Shown: positions 1 to 10,869 of the stretch, in pieces
Layout of the letters: each line of letters starts with the position of its first letter
How positions within the stretch are numbered: the first letter of the stretch is position 1
Source of the DNA: an uncultured Gemmatimonadaceae bacterium
GTDB lineage: Bacteria > Gemmatimonadota > Gemmatimonadetes > Gemmatimonadales > Gemmatimonadaceae
Reading direction: 5' to 3'
NCBI GenBank assembly: GCA_963761305.1
Contig: CAVXGK010000002.1
Location: 3,072,001 to 3,136,000 of the forward strand
DNA: 64,000 nt
The notes under the pieces: generated by a model
What the model saw: only the letters and a program-made list of their open reading frames with translations
What the model was told of the DNA's origin: nothing
Databases searched by the model: none
Program-made: the position numbers and the translations under genes

Positions 1-392
1 TTCACGTTGTGGAACGAGATCGAGTTCGTGAGCGACAGCGTCGGCATGAAGCAGAGCGCGTAGAGCAGCAGCAGCGGGTAGAACGTCGTCCACGACGTCT
101 GTTGCGACACGAACCACATCAACACGCCGCCGCCGATATGCAGAAACGCGAGCAGCTTCTCGCTCGAGAAGAACCGGTCGGCGACGATGCCCATGAAGAA
201 TGGCGACACGATCGCCGCGATCGCCATCGCGCCGTACGCCGCGCCGATCTGCGGATCGGTGAAGTGGCGCGTCTGGCCGAGATACGTGCCCATCGTCACG
301 AACCAGACGCCCCACACGAAGTACTGCAGGAACATCATGAGGGCGAGCTTCGTGCGCGCGCCGCCCGCCGCGACGCCGGCCTGCGCTGTCAT
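1..392 (-). CDS. MFS nucleoside:H+ symporter-family permease (NupG/XapB/YegT-like), 5' part only; runs off the window
   Basis: Not in the ORF track. Manual translation from ATG at 392 gives [38 protein letters not shown]...[19 protein letters not shown]...[13 protein letters not shown], the typical NHS-family N-terminus. ATGA overlap with the upstream stop at 389-391. Confidence 0.85.
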   Translation of the reverse strand, partial: MTAQAGVAAGGARTKLALMMFLQYFVWGVWFVTMGTYLGQTRHFTDPQIGAAYGAMAIAAIVSPFFMGIVADRFFSSEKLLAFLHIGGGVLMWFVSQQTSWTTFYPLLLLYALCFMPTLSLTNSISFHNV

Positions 393-1096
393 GGCAGTTC
401 CCGAATGCGAACGTTGCGGATGGAGAGCGTGCCGTTGTGGTCGCCCTGAATGCCGATGTAGCCGCGCTTCGCCATCCCGTAGTTCGGATAGACGTGGAAC
501 TTGCTCTTCGCGACCTTCGCGGTCCAATCAGGACTCCACAGCTCGTACTCGACAACCTTTTGTCCGTTGAGCCAGTGCTCGACGTGCGCGCCGTTCACGA
601 CGATCCGCGTCGTGTTCCATTCGTCGGCCGGCTTCACCACGCCGCGCGGCGGCGCGTACAGACCGTACGCCGACGCCGCCGACGTGAGCGGATTCTTGCC
701 GTCATCCGCGTTCGCGTCGTCGAGCAACTGATACTCGGGACCACTCCAGTAGATGTGGTCGTACTCCTTCGTCGCGCGGTAGAAAATGCCGCTGTTCCCC
801 GCTTTCCCGATCTTCCACTCCAGCTCCAGCTCGAAGTTCGCGTACTGATCCTTCGTCATGATGTCGCCGGTGCCGTGCGACTTCGTGATCTCGTTGCCGA
901 CCACGGTCCAGCCGGCCGGCACCGCGTCGCTCTCGTACCCGCGGAACGACGGCAACTCGAGCAGCCGCCAGCCGCCGGCGGCCGCCCGTCCGGCCATCTC
1001 GACGTGTTGCTGCGTGGACATCGCGCGGTGCACGCACGCCGACGCGAGCACCACCGACAGCACGCCAACGCTCCGCAGAATCGGTTTCGTTCGCAT
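389..1096 (-). CDS. DUF1080 / 3-keto-disaccharide hydrolase family protein, secreted or lipoprotein
   Basis: Motifs [41 protein letters not shown] and GYIGIQGDH. Signal-like VLASAC. Start taken at MRTKP (ATG 1096). Confidence 0.88.
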   Translation of the reverse strand: MRTKPILRSVGVLSVVLASACVHRAMSTQQHVEMAGRAAAGGWRLLELPSFRGYESDAVPAGWTVVGNEITKSHGTGDIMTKDQYANFELELEWKIGKAGNSGIFYRATKEYDHIYWSGPEYQLLDDANADDGKNPLTSAASAYGLYAPPRGVVKPADEWNTTRIVVNGAHVEHWLNGQKVVEYELWSPDWTAKVAKSKFHVYPNYGMAKRGYIGIQGDHNGTLSIRNVRIRELP

Positions 1097-1098
1097 CG

Positions 1099-2694
1099 TC
1101 AAATCGCCCACCCCGCGCGATAGTCGCGCGTGAGATATTGGTTTGCGTCAGGCGCGTTCGTGAACTCCGCCTTGTCCGCGTCATAGAGGACCTTCTTGCC
1201 TTGTCCCGCATGCAGCGCGGCGACGCCGAGTAGCATCGTCTCCGTCAACTGCGCGGCGTACTCGATCGGTGAGCTCGATTTGCACTCGCCGCGAATGGCC
1301 TTCGCCCAATTCAGCTCGTGGCTCCACGTGATGCGCGGCATCGTCTTCGGAACCTTCGCCGCCGCTTCCATCAATCCGGCCGGATAGCAGCGCGGATTCG
1401 ATCCGTACGTGTCGTTGATCAAAATGCCTTTTTCGCCGATGAAGATCACCCCGCCTTCCGAGATGAGCGTCACGTCATCGGGCAGCACGTCGGGACGCGG
1501 CGGATAGAGGCCGCCGTCCGACCAGAACAACTTCACCGGCGGCATCGACCCGCGCGCCGCGAATTGATAGTGCACGTTCGTCGCGGCCGGATACGACACC
1601 GGTCGCTGTCGGACACGCGACGCCGGCGATCCCGGCGGCGCGGTCGGATCGGGGGGAATCGGCATCGTTGCCCACGGCGTCGACGTCGCTTCGATGCTCG
1701 TCGGATATGTCAGCCCGAGCGCCCAGAACGGATGGTCGATGAGATGCGCGCCCATGTCGCCGAGCGCACCCATGCCGAAATCCGTCCACCCTCTCCAGTT
1801 GAACGGATGGTAGATCGGGTGATACGGAATGTCCTCGGCGACCGGTCCGAGGTAAATGTCCCAGTGCAGCCCTTCGGGAATCGGATACGAGCCCGAGCCC
1901 ATTCCTTCGGCGAGCGTGCGATTCACTCGCCCCTGGCTCCACGACGTGCCGAACGACGTCGAACCTGCCTGCATGATCTGACTCGGCGCCAGCGGCCGCG
2001 GAACAGGCTGCGGCCAGTAGCCCAGCGGGCGGTTCGTCCAGACGTGAACCTCGTGCACCGGACCAATGACGCCGGCTTGAATCCACTCGTTGATCAGCCG
2101 CGCGCCTTCGCTCGAATGTCCCTGATTACCCATCTGCGTGACGAGCTTGGGATTGGCGAGCGCCGTCTGGCGAAGCACGCGCGCCTCGTGCACCGACCAC
2201 GTCAGCGGCTTCTGCACATAGACATGCTTGCCGAGGTCCATCGCCGCTTTGGCGACGACGGCGTGGTTGTGGTCGGGTGTCGCGACGATGATGCCGTCGA
2301 TGCCCTTTTCTTTCTCCAGCATCTGGCGGAAGTCGTAGTACTTCGCCGCCTTGTCGAACTGCTCCTGGAGCTTGATCGCCCCCGGGTTGACGACTCCGTC
2401 GCGATTCTGACGCAGTTTGCTCGTGACGTTCGACGTCGAGAAGTTCATGTCGACGTCGCACACGGCGCAGAGATTCTCGGTCTTCGCGAGCTCCTGCGCG
2501 TTGCCGGAACCCATGCCGCCGAATCCCACCACGGCGAAGTTCACGGTGTCGCTCGGCGCGCGATATCCGACGCCTCCGAGCACGTGCCGCGGCACGATCA
2601 TCGGTGCTTTGGCGGTGATGGCGGCGCCAATAACGGCCTTGCCGGCGTCGGCGACGAAGTCTCGGCGGCTGATCGAGTTGTCGGAATTCGACAT
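1099..2694 (-). CDS. Gfo/Idh/MocA family oxidoreductase with Tat signal
   Basis: SRRDF twin-arginine signal, VGFGGMG Rossmann motif, [25 protein letters not shown]. Start at MSNSD (ATG 2694). Confidence 0.9.
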   Translation of the reverse strand: MSNSDNSISRRDFVADAGKAVIGAAITAKAPMIVPRHVLGGVGYRAPSDTVNFAVVGFGGMGSGNAQELAKTENLCAVCDVDMNFSTSNVTSKLRQNRDGVVNPGAIKLQEQFDKAAKYYDFRQMLEKEKGIDGIIVATPDHNHAVVAKAAMDLGKHVYVQKPLTWSVHEARVLRQTALANPKLVTQMGNQGHSSEGARLINEWIQAGVIGPVHEVHVWTNRPLGYWPQPVPRPLAPSQIMQAGSTSFGTSWSQGRVNRTLAEGMGSGSYPIPEGLHWDIYLGPVAEDIPYHPIYHPFNWRGWTDFGMGALGDMGAHLIDHPFWALGLTYPTSIEATSTPWATMPIPPDPTAPPGSPASRVRQRPVSYPAATNVHYQFAARGSMPPVKLFWSDGGLYPPRPDVLPDDVTLISEGGVIFIGEKGILINDTYGSNPRCYPAGLMEAAAKVPKTMPRITWSHELNWAKAIRGECKSSSPIEYAAQLTETMLLGVAALHAGQGKKVLYDADKAEFTNAPDANQYLTRDYRAGWAI

Positions 2695-2804
2695 TCGTAG
2701 TCCTGCGTTCGGGTTGCCCGCGCGCGGCTCGGTACCGCGCAGCCATTCATTATTGCATCGCGACACGCCCGTTCGTAAGAACCGGGCGCCGTTTCACACA
2801 CGCA

Positions 2805-4070
2805 TCAGGGCCGCCAGATTCCCTGCGCGACCGCCGGCATGAACGAGTCCAGCCCGAGCGGCGGGAACGCCAGCGTTCTGCGTTCCTCTGCGCTCTGGTA
2901 CGCCGCCATCAGGATCTTCACGACCTCAAGCCCGTCGTCGAAGGTCAGCTTCGGCTTTTCCTTGCCGAGGAAGACTCGCACGAAGTGGCGATCCTCGGCT
3001 TCGTAGCCGTACGCGGCGGCCTCGTTGGCGACGACGGGCATCTGCCCGATCTCGGCGTTCTGCTTCTCGACGAGATCCTCACCCTCTTTGCCCTGCACGG
3101 CGCGTGAGAAGAAGAGCTTGAGCCCGCTATCGAGCGTGTTCCACGCCATCGAGTACTCGGGGCCGAGCAGCTCCGCGGACAGCCGAAGTCCGGCGCCCAC
3201 AAAACTCCACGACGTCGAGGCTTCGCCGATCACCGTGTAGCCGTCGTCGGTTTCGAACTCGATCGTCGTGCTCGCGAAGTCCTCGGCGGGCGCCGACGTG
3301 TAGTTCACGTCGCGACCGAACGTCTTCGAGAGCTGTTTGATGTAGGCGGGCCGCGTCCATTTGAGACTCGCAATGTGCGCGGTCACTCGAATGGGTTTGA
3401 CCGACGACAGCGGCGCGCCAGGCTCGGTGAGCAGGTGTCGCACGACGAGCGCCGAGTGGCACATCATGTCGTTCAACACGCCGCCGCCTTGCAGCTCGCC
3501 GCGCCAGAACCAGGGCATGTGCGGACCGCTGTGCTCTTCCGCGGCCCGCGCGAGATACGGACGACCGGTCGTCGCCGCGCCGCGCGCCCAGAGCAGGGCG
3601 CGCCCGGCCTCGACCTGCGGCGCGAACACTTGATTCTCGAGATAGCCGTGCTGAATGCGCGCGCGTTTGACGAGATCGCGAACCGCGATCGCCTCGGCGA
3701 CGTTTCGCGCGAGCGGCTTCTCGCACGCGATGCCTGTCAGGGCACCGCGGCCGCGTTCCACCGCGTCGACGATCTCTTCGACGTTCTCGACGCGCGCGTG
3801 GTTCGGTCCCGTGAGCCAGATCGCGTCGATCGCCGGATCGGCGACCATGTCGGCGATCGACGCATACGGCTTCGCATGGCCGACGTCGAGCTCGCGCGCG
3901 AGCTGCGCGGCCGACGCGGCGTTCTTCTTGTTGGGGCTCCAGACACCGAGCACGTCCGCATCGCGCACGGCGCGAAACGCCTGCATGTGAAATCGCGCGT
4001 TGAATCCACTGCCGATGAATGCGACGCCGAGGCGCTTGCCGGGCTTGGGATCGGTTTTCTTCGGACTCAT
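2805..4070 (-). CDS. Gfo/Idh/MocA family oxidoreductase (cytoplasmic)
   Basis: IGSGFNARFH, CEKPLA, GGGVLNDMMCH. Confidence 0.88.
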   Translation of the reverse strand: MSPKKTDPKPGKRLGVAFIGSGFNARFHMQAFRAVRDADVLGVWSPNKKNAASAAQLARELDVGHAKPYASIADMVADPAIDAIWLTGPNHARVENVEEIVDAVERGRGALTGIACEKPLARNVAEAIAVRDLVKRARIQHGYLENQVFAPQVEAGRALLWARGAATTGRPYLARAAEEHSGPHMPWFWRGELQGGGVLNDMMCHSALVVRHLLTEPGAPLSSVKPIRVTAHIASLKWTRPAYIKQLSKTFGRDVNYTSAPAEDFASTTIEFETDDGYTVIGEASTSWSFVGAGLRLSAELLGPEYSMAWNTLDSGLKLFFSRAVQGKEGEDLVEKQNAEIGQMPVVANEAAAYGYEAEDRHFVRVFLGKEKPKLTFDDGLEVVKILMAAYQSAEERRTLAFPPLGLDSFMPAVAQGIWRP

Positions 4071-4750
4071 TTCTCTTGCGGACTCACACGGGTGGTCATG
4101 ACGTCATAGCTCACGCCGAGCTTCTCGAGCGCGGCTGGCGGACAGCCGTCGTAGTTGGGGTTGAACACGTTGCCGATGTATTGGACGTCTTTCCAACCCA
4201 TGGCGCTCGAGTAGAACCCGGAGGCCGTCATGTCGCGGAGGCGGTTGAAGAACGAGACGCCGTACGACATGCCGGGCGGCGCTTTCTGCGGATACGCGAT
4301 GTCGTCGAGAATCTGACGGCGCTGCGGGTCGCTCGCGTCGACGAAGTACTTGTCGAACCGCCGAAGCGATTCCGTGTCGAGCCACGCCAGACCGCCGCGC
4401 ATCGCGACCTGCGTCGCAGGATTGGCGTCCTTCTCGGCCAGCAGATAGTCCATGTACTCGGGGACTTTCGCATCGGTCGCGCTGCCGGAGATTTCGTCGC
4501 GCGGAATTATATAGTCCACGAGCACGTGGACGGTCTTCCACTCGTGCGCCGTGAAGAAGCGCGGTCCCGCTTGCGCGACCGGCGCAACGGCCTGCGACGT
4601 CGCCACCTGTTCGAGCGCGGTGGCGGGACTGAGGGCCGCGGCCACCGGCACGGCGCCGAGGACCTGCAGCATTCGGCGGCGGGAAATCGCCGCGTCGGCT
4701 GACGTCGCGCCGGCGCCTTTCGGCTCGCGATCGTCATTCATGGTACTCAT
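4067..4750 (-). CDS. Gluconate 2-dehydrogenase subunit 3 family protein (Tat-exported partner of the GMC flavoprotein)
   Basis: SRRRML Tat signal, IIPRDE.SGSATDA.VP.YMD, FF..LRDMTASGFYSS..GW..V.Y.GN. ATG at 4750 overlaps the GMC stop (ATGA). Confidence 0.85.
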   Translation of the reverse strand: MSTMNDDREPKGAGATSADAAISRRRMLQVLGAVPVAAALSPATALEQVATSQAVAPVAQAGPRFFTAHEWKTVHVLVDYIIPRDEISGSATDAKVPEYMDYLLAEKDANPATQVAMRGGLAWLDTESLRRFDKYFVDASDPQRRQILDDIAYPQKAPPGMSYGVSFFNRLRDMTASGFYSSAMGWKDVQYIGNVFNPNYDGCPPAALEKLGVSYDVMTTRVSPQEK

Positions 4751-6429
4751 AGCGCCCCCGCCGTTCGCTGCTGCGCGATGTAGTCGCTGGTCCGCCAGGA
4801 CAGCGCGAGAATCGTCCACGTCGGATTCTTGTCCGCTTGCGACACGAACGGACTGCCGTCGGCGACGAAGAGGTTTTTCACGTCGTGCGCCTGGCAGTTC
4901 GCGTTCACGACGGACCGCGTCGGATCCGCGCCCATTCGCACGCCGCCCAGTTCGTGGATGATCGTTCCGCCGGCGGCGAGGCCGTAGTTCTGCTCGCGCG
5001 TCGGCATCGGCGACGACGGCGTGCCGCCCATCGCGACGATGAGCGCGCGAAACGTCTCCTGCATGTGCTTCGCCTGGTTGTACTCGTAGTCGGTGAACTT
5101 CCAGTGGAAGCGAAGGACGGGAATTCCGAAGCGATCGACGGTCGTCGGATCGAGCTCGCAATACGAACCCTCGTTCGGGATCATCTCACCGCGTCCGTCG
5201 AATCCGATCGACGCGCCGTAGTACTTGCGATAGTCGGCCTTGAGTTGCGTGCCGTAGCCGCCGCCGTTTTGCCGCTGAATGCCGCCGCCGAATCCCGACG
5301 ACGGCTGCCCGGCTCCGCCGTACACTTCTATATGGTAGCCGCGCGGGAAATCGAGCTTCGCGTTGTCGAGCCACCACGGCATGTAGACGTGCATGCCGCC
5401 GACACCGTCGTGGTTGTGCGGCACGTGATCTTCGAGCGCCGGGATATGGCCCGACACGCCGGCGCCGGTCGTGTCCGTGAGATACTTGCCGACGATGCCG
5501 CTCGTGTTGGCTAATCCGTTCGGAAACTTCGTCGACCTGGAATTGAGCAGCAGTCGCGCGCTCTCCATCGCGCTCGCCGCCAGCACGACGATCTTCGCCC
5601 GCACGTGCTCGTCGGTATTCGTGTTCTTGTCGATGTACGACACGCCGTTCGCGAGGCCGTCCTGGCCGACCGTCACCTCGCGCGCCATCGCGTTCGTGAT
5701 GAGCGTGAGCTTCCCCGTCGCCAGTGCCGGCGCGATCAGCACGTCGCCGCTCGAGAAGTTGGCCTTCACCTGACAGCCGCGGTTGCACTGTCCGCAGTAG
5801 TGGCAGGCCATGCGTCCGTTGATCGGCTTCGTGATCACCGAGAGGCGGGCCGGAATGCAGGTGATGTTCAGCTTGTCGGACGCCTTCTTCACCAGCAGCT
5901 CGTGGCAGCGCGGCTTCGGCGGCGGTTGAAAAATTCCGTCCGGCGCGTTGCGGAGTCCTTCGTTCGATCCGTAGAGACCGATGAACTGGTCGACGTTGTC
6001 GTAGTACGGCTTCACGTCGTCGTAGCTGATCGGCCAGTCGTCGCCGAGTCCGTCGAGCGATTTGCGGCGAAAGTCGTCGGGGCCAAAGCGCAGGGAAATC
6101 CGCCCCCAATGATTCGTACGGCCGCCGAGCATCCGAGCACGCCACCAGCTGAACTGCGTGCCCGGCGCGCGCGTGTACGGTTCGCCGTCGATCTCCCACC
6201 CGCCGTCGCAGGCGTCGAACTCGCCGAACGGCCGTCCGTGAATCGACGCGCCGCGGTGCGGCGTCGCGTAACTCGGAACCATCATCTTCGAATCTTTCGA
6301 CGCGAACCATCGCGGTCCCGCCTCGAGCAGCACGACGCGCGCGCCGGCCTTTGTCAGCACGTACGCGGCCATGCCGCCGCCGGCGCCCGAGCCGATGATC
6401 GCGACGTCGTAGATGGGTCGTTGTGGCAT
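4747..6429 (-). CDS. GMC family FAD oxidoreductase (glycoside 3-dehydrogenase flavoprotein-like)
   Basis: IGSGAGG FAD motif, LGGRTNHWG, Cys cluster CHYCGQCNRGC, HELGGVRMG, NPTWTILAL. Start at MPQRP (6429). Confidence 0.9.
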   Translation of the reverse strand: MPQRPIYDVAIIGSGAGGGMAAYVLTKAGARVVLLEAGPRWFASKDSKMMVPSYATPHRGASIHGRPFGEFDACDGGWEIDGEPYTRAPGTQFSWWRARMLGGRTNHWGRISLRFGPDDFRRKSLDGLGDDWPISYDDVKPYYDNVDQFIGLYGSNEGLRNAPDGIFQPPPKPRCHELLVKKASDKLNITCIPARLSVITKPINGRMACHYCGQCNRGCQVKANFSSGDVLIAPALATGKLTLITNAMAREVTVGQDGLANGVSYIDKNTNTDEHVRAKIVVLAASAMESARLLLNSRSTKFPNGLANTSGIVGKYLTDTTGAGVSGHIPALEDHVPHNHDGVGGMHVYMPWWLDNAKLDFPRGYHIEVYGGAGQPSSGFGGGIQRQNGGGYGTQLKADYRKYYGASIGFDGRGEMIPNEGSYCELDPTTVDRFGIPVLRFHWKFTDYEYNQAKHMQETFRALIVAMGGTPSSPMPTREQNYGLAAGGTIIHELGGVRMGADPTRSVVNANCQAHDVKNLFVADGSPFVSQADKNPTWTILALSWRTSDYIAQQRTAGAL

Positions 6430-6430
6430 A

Positions 6431-8218
6431 CTATGGAGTGTCCTGTCTCGTCGCCTGTTTGACGGCTGTTGGATCATTGAACATCAGCCACTCGATGACC
6501 GACTGCGGCAGGCTCCCGTAGCTGATCACCTGGTCGTGGAACGCGCCGAGCCGGAAGTCGTTGGGGTGCGCGTCGCGATAGCGCCCAAGCAGCCGCATGA
6601 AGCCCAGCTTCCCGACGATGTACGTCATCTTCTGCGTCGGCTGCGACGCGGCGCCGGCCGCCTCGCCTTCGGCCGCTTCGCGATCGAGACCGCCTTCGTT
6701 CATGAAATACTGAACGGCCTGATCGAACGTCCACTTTCCTGTGTGCAGGTTCGCGTCGACGCCGACGCGCGCGGCGCGATAGCGCGACAGCCGCAGCACC
6801 TGTCCGTGGCCACCCGAGTTCTGCGCGATCAACCCTTCGTGGAGCACCACTTCTTCGAGATACAGCGCCCAGCCTTCCGTGAAGACGCCGTCTCCCTGCT
6901 GTCGGCGGATCTCATCCGGCAGGTGATTCGCGATGCTGAGCTGCACGAAGTGTCCAGGAAATCCTTCGTGTACAATGAGCGGCCGCGGGTCTTCGATTCC
7001 GGCTCTGATGTAGAAGTTGTTGCTCTTCGGATTGTACGTCGGGATGAAGTAGAAGCCGGACGGATCCTTGTCGTAGAGGCCGGGCGGATTCATGAAGCCG
7101 CCGGGACTCGTCGGCTTGAACGCCTCCGGCAGTTGTCGGATGTAGAACGGCCCGAGGTACGGCGGCAGTGTGACGAGCCGCTTGGCCTTGATGAAGTCGA
7201 TGACTTCCTTCTCGCGTGCTTGATACGTCTTGAGAAAATCCGCCTGATCCGTAGGGATGCGCGGCGCTCGCGCCGGATCCGGATTGGCGAGCCGCGGGTC
7301 GGGCAGCATCGCCTCCAGCGCTCGATATCGCGCCAACTCCGTCTGGCCGATCGTGTTGAGCTGGTCGGCGCTCATCGGCAGCAGATAGATGTGGTGCAGC
7401 ATGTACTCGTAGTTCGACGTGCCCATCGCCCGCCACGGCGGCATCGACTTCTCCCGCGCGGCCAGCCAGTCGGCGTACGAGTGAAGCGCTGCCACCGCCG
7501 AGTCGCGAGCCGCCACCAGCGCCCCACGCTCGGCCGGCGAGAGATCCTTGGCGAGCGTCATCAAGCTCGCGGTGTAGAGGTCGTCGCCGCCGCGCGCCGC
7601 GTCGATCGCGAGCGTCGCATAGAGTGACACCGGCTTCGTGAGATTCGCTTCGCCCTGGCGCAGCATCGCCGGCGTCGCGCGCAGACGCGCCGTCGCCGCC
7701 AGCGCGCGTTGACGCGTCGGCGCGTATTCCTTGGTCAGCAGCGAAAAGATGCCGTTCGTGATCTCGTTGACGTAGGTCTGCGGGTCGACGTGCTCGGCGT
7801 CCTGCACCCGGCTGAAGAACTCCGCCGATTCGAGCTGCGACCGGAACAGCACCCAATCCACCTGATCGTCTCGGCTCCACTTCGTTGTATCGATCGCGCG
7901 CACCTGCGCGAGCAGCCGTCGCACGTAGGCGCGGCGCGCCTCGATCCCCGCCGGGCGGTAGTCGGTGAGCCGGTCGTCCCACGTGTGCAGTCCCTGGCCG
8001 CTCGACGCGACCGGATAGCTCACCTTGACCGAGTCATAGTAGGCGGCGGCGATTCGTTTGAGGTCGGCCGGCGCGGTCGAGGCATGGCGAGCCCGCATCG
8101 AACCTCGCGCCGCGACAAGCGGCGGCACGCCGAGCGGCGCTACGAGTAACACCGCCAGCTCCGAGGCGACCAGCGCGCGCGCGACCGGCCCGATACGGGG
8201 TATGCGACGATCGAACAC
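6431..8218 (-). CDS. DUF885 family protein (zincin-like HExxPGH), secreted
   Basis: HEGFPGHFVQL, FTEGWALYLEE, RAARVGVD..LH, PTQKMTYIVG, FHDQVI..GSLP. GTG start overlaps the upstream TAG. Confidence 0.85.
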   Translation of the reverse strand: MFDRRIPRIGPVARALVASELAVLLVAPLGVPPLVAARGSMRARHASTAPADLKRIAAAYYDSVKVSYPVASSGQGLHTWDDRLTDYRPAGIEARRAYVRRLLAQVRAIDTTKWSRDDQVDWVLFRSQLESAEFFSRVQDAEHVDPQTYVNEITNGIFSLLTKEYAPTRQRALAATARLRATPAMLRQGEANLTKPVSLYATLAIDAARGGDDLYTASLMTLAKDLSPAERGALVAARDSAVAALHSYADWLAAREKSMPPWRAMGTSNYEYMLHHIYLLPMSADQLNTIGQTELARYRALEAMLPDPRLANPDPARAPRIPTDQADFLKTYQAREKEVIDFIKAKRLVTLPPYLGPFYIRQLPEAFKPTSPGGFMNPPGLYDKDPSGFYFIPTYNPKSNNFYIRAGIEDPRPLIVHEGFPGHFVQLSIANHLPDEIRRQQGDGVFTEGWALYLEEVVLHEGLIAQNSGGHGQVLRLSRYRAARVGVDANLHTGKWTFDQAVQYFMNEGGLDREAAEGEAAGAASQPTQKMTYIVGKLGFMRLLGRYRDAHPNDFRLGAFHDQVISYGSLPQSVIEWLMFNDPTAVKQATRQDTP

Positions 8219-9072
8219 TAGAATTCCAGCGTTGAGAGATACTTATAGCTCGCCGCCGCGCTCGCCATCGGGTCGGGCGGGTTGTCGTACTCGACGAACG
8301 TGTGCTCGACGCCTTTGCCGTGCGCCAAGATCGTCTTGAAGTCGATCACCCCAGCGCCGACGTCGGCCATCTTCTGATCCGGCGGCCCCATCGAGTCCTT
8401 GGCGTGGAACATCGAGAAACGGCCCGGATACGCGGCGAGCAGTTGCAGCGGATCGGCGCCGCCGTTCACCGCCCAGTAAATGTCCATCTCGTACGACACG
8501 AGCGAGGGATCCGTCTCCTTCATCAGGATGTCGATCGGCAATACGTCGCCCGTCTTGCGGACGATATCGTTGTGGTTGTGGAACGCGAATCGGAACCCGG
8601 CTCGCTTGCACGTGGCGCCCGCCGTGTTGAACCGCGCCGCCATCTGTTTCCAGTCGTCGGCCGTGGCCTTCGGGCCGCGCGGCAACGACGCCACCGTCAC
8701 GAACTCGTGGCCGATCGTCTTCGCGTCGCCGAATGTCTGCGCGCCGTTCGTTTCGATCGCCTCGATGGCCACGTGCACCGAAGGCGCGGTCAGGCCGTTC
8801 GCCTTGAGCATGTCGCGAATCTCGGCCGCCGGATGGTTGAAGTAGCCTGCGAATTCAACCTCCTTGTAGCCGATCTTCGCGATCGCCTCGAGCGTGCCGG
8901 CCGTGTCGGTGGCCATCTTGCTTCGAACCGTGTACAGCTCCATGCCGACGCGGGCGAGCTTGCTCGGCGTTTCGCCAACCAGGGGGACGGTCAGCTGACC
9001 GAGCGCCCGCCGCGCCCATGCTCCCAGCGCCGCGACGCCGAGCATCGCGAGAAAACTTCGTCGATTCTCCAT
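8218..9072 (-). CDS. Sugar phosphate isomerase/epimerase (AP endonuclease-2 / xylose-isomerase-like TIM barrel), Tat signal
   Basis: NRRSFL Tat signal, GMELYTVR, GYKEVEFAG, FHNHN, EMDIYW, HAKD, FVEYD. Confidence 0.88.
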   Translation of the reverse strand: MENRRSFLAMLGVAALGAWARRALGQLTVPLVGETPSKLARVGMELYTVRSKMATDTAGTLEAIAKIGYKEVEFAGYFNHPAAEIRDMLKANGLTAPSVHVAIEAIETNGAQTFGDAKTIGHEFVTVASLPRGPKATADDWKQMAARFNTAGATCKRAGFRFAFHNHNDIVRKTGDVLPIDILMKETDPSLVSYEMDIYWAVNGGADPLQLLAAYPGRFSMFHAKDSMGPPDQKMADVGAGVIDFKTILAHGKGVEHTFVEYDNPPDPMASAAASYKYLSTLEF

Positions 9073-9200
9073 GTCCGGATTGGCGACAGAGGTTGAGACA
9101 TCGGCAAACATGGCCGGGCGCATCGAGGGCGGCAATGGCGGCCGTGCCGCGGTCCGCGCGGCCCGTTCGCGTGGCGTCTGGCGGAGCTATCTTGACGCGC

Positions 9201-10862
9201 ATGAGACGCGCCCTCGCCCCACTCCCGCTGCTTTTGATGCTCGCCGGCGCGGCGTCACTCCCCGCGCAGTCGGCCGATCACGTGGACATCATTCCGCGTC
9301 CCGAGTCGGTCGTCACCGGAAACGGGACGTTCCTCTTGACCGCACGAACCATGCTGTGGGCGGATCGCGCCGACAGCGCCGTCGCCCGGCGATTCGCGCG
9401 GGACGTCGCCCCCGCGACGGGGTTCGACCTCGCGGTTCGCGTCGGCGACGCGACGCGCGGCAGCCGAATCGTCTTTCGTCGCGCCGCCGCGAACGACACG
9501 TCGCTTGGACCCGAAGGTTATCGCCTCGTCGTGACGCCCGCGGCGATCACCGTCACGTCGTCCGCGCCCGCCGGCGCGTTCTACGCGAAGCAGACGCTGC
9601 GCCAGCTCCTCCCCGCCGAGGTCTTCCGCGCCGCGCCGATCGACGGAGTGAAGTGGACGATTCCCGCCGTCACGATCGTCGACCGTCCCCGGTTCTCGTG
9701 GCGCGGCATGCACCTCGACGTCTCGCGCCATTTCATGCCCAAGGAGTTCGTGAAGAAGTACATCGACCTCCTGGCGCTCCACAAAATGAATTCCTTCCAC
9801 TGGCATCTCACCGATGACCAGGGCTGGCGTATCGAGATCAAGAAATATCCCCGGCTCACGTCGGTCGGTGCGTGGCGTTCGCAGACGCTCGTCGGCAAGG
9901 CGCAGCGCGATTCCACGCTCGACGTCTACGACCACAAGCCGCACGGCGGCTTCTACACCCATGACGACGTTCGAGAGATCGTCGAATACGCGCGCGAGCG
10001 CTTCGTGCGCATCGTGCCCGAGATCGAGATGCCCGGCCACTCGCAGGCCGCCATCGCCGCGTATCCGAGCCTCGGCAATTTCGGCGACACCGTGCCGGTG
10101 TGGACGAAGTGGGGCGTCACGCCGCACATCCTGAATCCGTCGGATACGACGATCGCGTTCATGCAGGACGTGCTCACCGAAGTGATGGGACTCTTCCCCG
10201 GCGAGTTCATTCACATAGGCGGCGACGAAGCGATCAAACCGGAATGGAAGGCGAGCCCTCGCACGCAAGCCAGGATCAAAGAGCTCGGCATCGCGCCGGA
10301 CGACTCGAGCAAGCCGCGCGACTTCCACGCCGAGGACGCGCTGCAAAGCTGGTTCACGACGCAGATGGACCACTTCCTCACCACCCACGGACGACGACTC
10401 GTCGGCTGGGATGAGATCCTCGAGGGCGGCCTCGCCCCCAACGCGGTCGTCATGTCGTGGCGTGGCACGGCCGGCGGTCTCGCCGCGGCGCGCGCCGGTC
10501 ACGACGTGATCATGACGCCGGGCGACTACACCTACTTCGATCACTATCAGTCGCGAAACACGGCGGCCGAACCGCTGGCGATCGGCGGATTTCTCCCGCT
10601 CGATTCGGTCTACGCCTACGAACCCGTACCCGCGGAGCTCGAGCCGCAGTTCGTCTCGCACATTCTCGGCGCGCAGGGGCAGGTCTGGACCGAGTACATC
10701 GAAGGACCCAAGAACGTCGAGTACATGGCATTCCCGCGCGAAGCCGCACTTGCGGAAGTCCTCTGGACGCCGAAGTCGCGCCGCGATTTCGCCGACTTCT
10801 CAGCGCGACTCCCCGCTGAATCGCGCCGGCTCGACGCGCTCGACGTGAACTATCGCCGCTGA
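9201..10862 (+). CDS. Beta-N-acetylhexosaminidase, GH20, secreted
   Basis: Signal peptide from ATG 9201. DRPRFSWRGMHLDVSRHF, FHWHLTDDQGWR, PEIEMPGH, catalytic HIGGDE, WTEYI. Confidence 0.93.
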   Translation: MRRALAPLPLLLMLAGAASLPAQSADHVDIIPRPESVVTGNGTFLLTARTMLWADRADSAVARRFARDVAPATGFDLAVRVGDATRGSRIVFRRAAANDTSLGPEGYRLVVTPAAITVTSSAPAGAFYAKQTLRQLLPAEVFRAAPIDGVKWTIPAVTIVDRPRFSWRGMHLDVSRHFMPKEFVKKYIDLLALHKMNSFHWHLTDDQGWRIEIKKYPRLTSVGAWRSQTLVGKAQRDSTLDVYDHKPHGGFYTHDDVREIVEYARERFVRIVPEIEMPGHSQAAIAAYPSLGNFGDTVPVWTKWGVTPHILNPSDTTIAFMQDVLTEVMGLFPGEFIHIGGDEAIKPEWKASPRTQARIKELGIAPDDSSKPRDFHAEDALQSWFTTQMDHFLTTHGRRLVGWDEILEGGLAPNAVVMSWRGTAGGLAAARAGHDVIMTPGDYTYFDHYQSRNTAAEPLAIGGFLPLDSVYAYEPVPAELEPQFVSHILGAQGQVWTEYIEGPKNVEYMAFPREAALAEVLWTPKSRRDFADFSARLPAESRRLDALDVNYRR

Positions 10863-10869
10863 CGGTGCC

